Source of the DNA: Bacillota bacterium | GTDB lineage: Bacteria; Bacillota; Clostridia; Peptostreptococcales; Acidaminobacteraceae | Length of the DNA: 46,971 nucleotides | NCBI GenBank assembly: GCA_034721975.1 | Contig: JAYENG010000147.1 | Coordinates: 1 to 46,971, forward strand | Direction: 5' to 3' | Part shown: piece by piece, positions 46,665 through 46,971 of the stretch | Numbering within the stretch: position 1 is the stretch's first letter | How the letters are laid out: every line of letters begins with the position of its first letter | The notes under the pieces: model-generated | Databases searched by the model: none | The model's input: only the letters and a program-made list of their open reading frames with translations | Told to the model about the DNA's origin: nothing | Program-made: the position numbers and the translations under genes

Positions 46665-46971
46665 TTACTTTTCAATGACAATACTCTTTTCTTTTTTTCC
46701 ATCTTTTGTATCTTTTTCATCTTTTTCTTCTTTTGAAAATTTTTCTTTTATATTTTTGAAATTCGTTAACTTTTCCGATATCGAAGCCAAATTAGAAACT
46801 GTACCGTTGAAAGCTTCTACATCTTTTGATAAATTTTTTGATATTTTTTCAAAATTTTTAGTAATACCAGGTGCACTTTTTAATGTTTCATCAATTTGAG
46901 ATCTGTTATCATCAACTACTTTTGTAAGACTTTTTATTGCAACATATATTTATCCTAAGACAAATATATGT
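46665..46971 (-). pseudogene. DUF948-like coiled-coil membrane protein gene, 5' end outside the window, interrupted by an in-frame TAA at 46950-46952
   Basis: The minus frame reads ..HIFVLG*IYVAIKSLTKVVDDNRSQIDETLKSAPGITKNFEKISKNLSKDVEAFNGTVSNLASISEKLTNF...KEKSIVIEK*. There is no ATG/GTG in frame after the stop. The listed plus ORF 46675-46899 is its antisense shadow. Confidence 0.5.

Noticed and set aside
46675-46899. Listed plus-strand 74-aa ORF (Phe/Ser-rich).
   Set aside because: It is the antisense shadow of the Lys/Glu-rich minus-strand DUF948-like frame, which has a proper terminator.
1-46971. Search by eye for CRISPR arrays, tRNA/rRNA genes, integrase/att sites and long tandem repeats.
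   Set aside because: None found. Intergenic regions are short and are explained by promoters, leaders and terminators. The only repeats are the IS inverted repeats and the short direct repeats already reported.

Overview
Low-GC Firmicute chromosome segment that looks Clostridia/Tissierellia-like. It falls into four parts.

(1) 1-22.4 kb is one tightly packed plus-strand flagellar operon. The order is flgB (partial)-flgC-fliE, then a c-di-GMP-I riboswitch with terminator, then fliF-fliG-fliH-fliI-fliJ-fliK-flgD-TIGR02530 protein-flgE-flbD-motA-motB-fliL-fliO-fliP-fliQ-fliR-flhB-flhA-flhF-flhG-PilZ protein-fliA-small membrane protein(s)-two distal rod genes. fliM/fliN(Y), che genes and flagellin are not in the window.

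(2) 22.4-33.9 kb is housekeeping: an MFS transporter, a GntR/FCD regulator, nadA-nadB-nadC, an RNA polymerase omega-like gene (minus strand), murI, a sigma region-4-only mini-protein, and a serine T-box leader ahead of a coupled serS-pepF-glnS unit.

(3) 34.0-39.0 kb is a small accessory patch bounded by two strong terminators. It holds a DUF4143-type AAA+ ATPase with a consensus promoter, a 3' gene remnant, and an intact 1.9-kb IS with 29-bp inverted repeats and no target duplication. The IS abuts the 3' end of a truncated group II intron (maturase C-terminus, domains V/VI). An HTH-Fic (class II, self-inhibited) gene follows.

(4) 39-47 kb holds an aspartate aminotransferase (minus strand) and a Bacillus-like yaaO...holB-ricT-methyltransferase-rsmI / abrB cluster. 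It ends in a minus-strand DUF948-like gene with an in-frame TAA.

No rRNA, tRNA or CRISPR array was seen. The items most worth a second look are:
- the riboswitch placed inside the operon;
- the accessory patch and its IS/intron junction;
- an unannotated coding-like frame with no canonical start at 20.62-20.85 kb;
- the Ser T-box apparently governing glnS;
- the GntR regulator next to nadABC.

I found no clear multi-gene novel system. All calls rest on reading the sequence and recalled family motifs; no searches were run.
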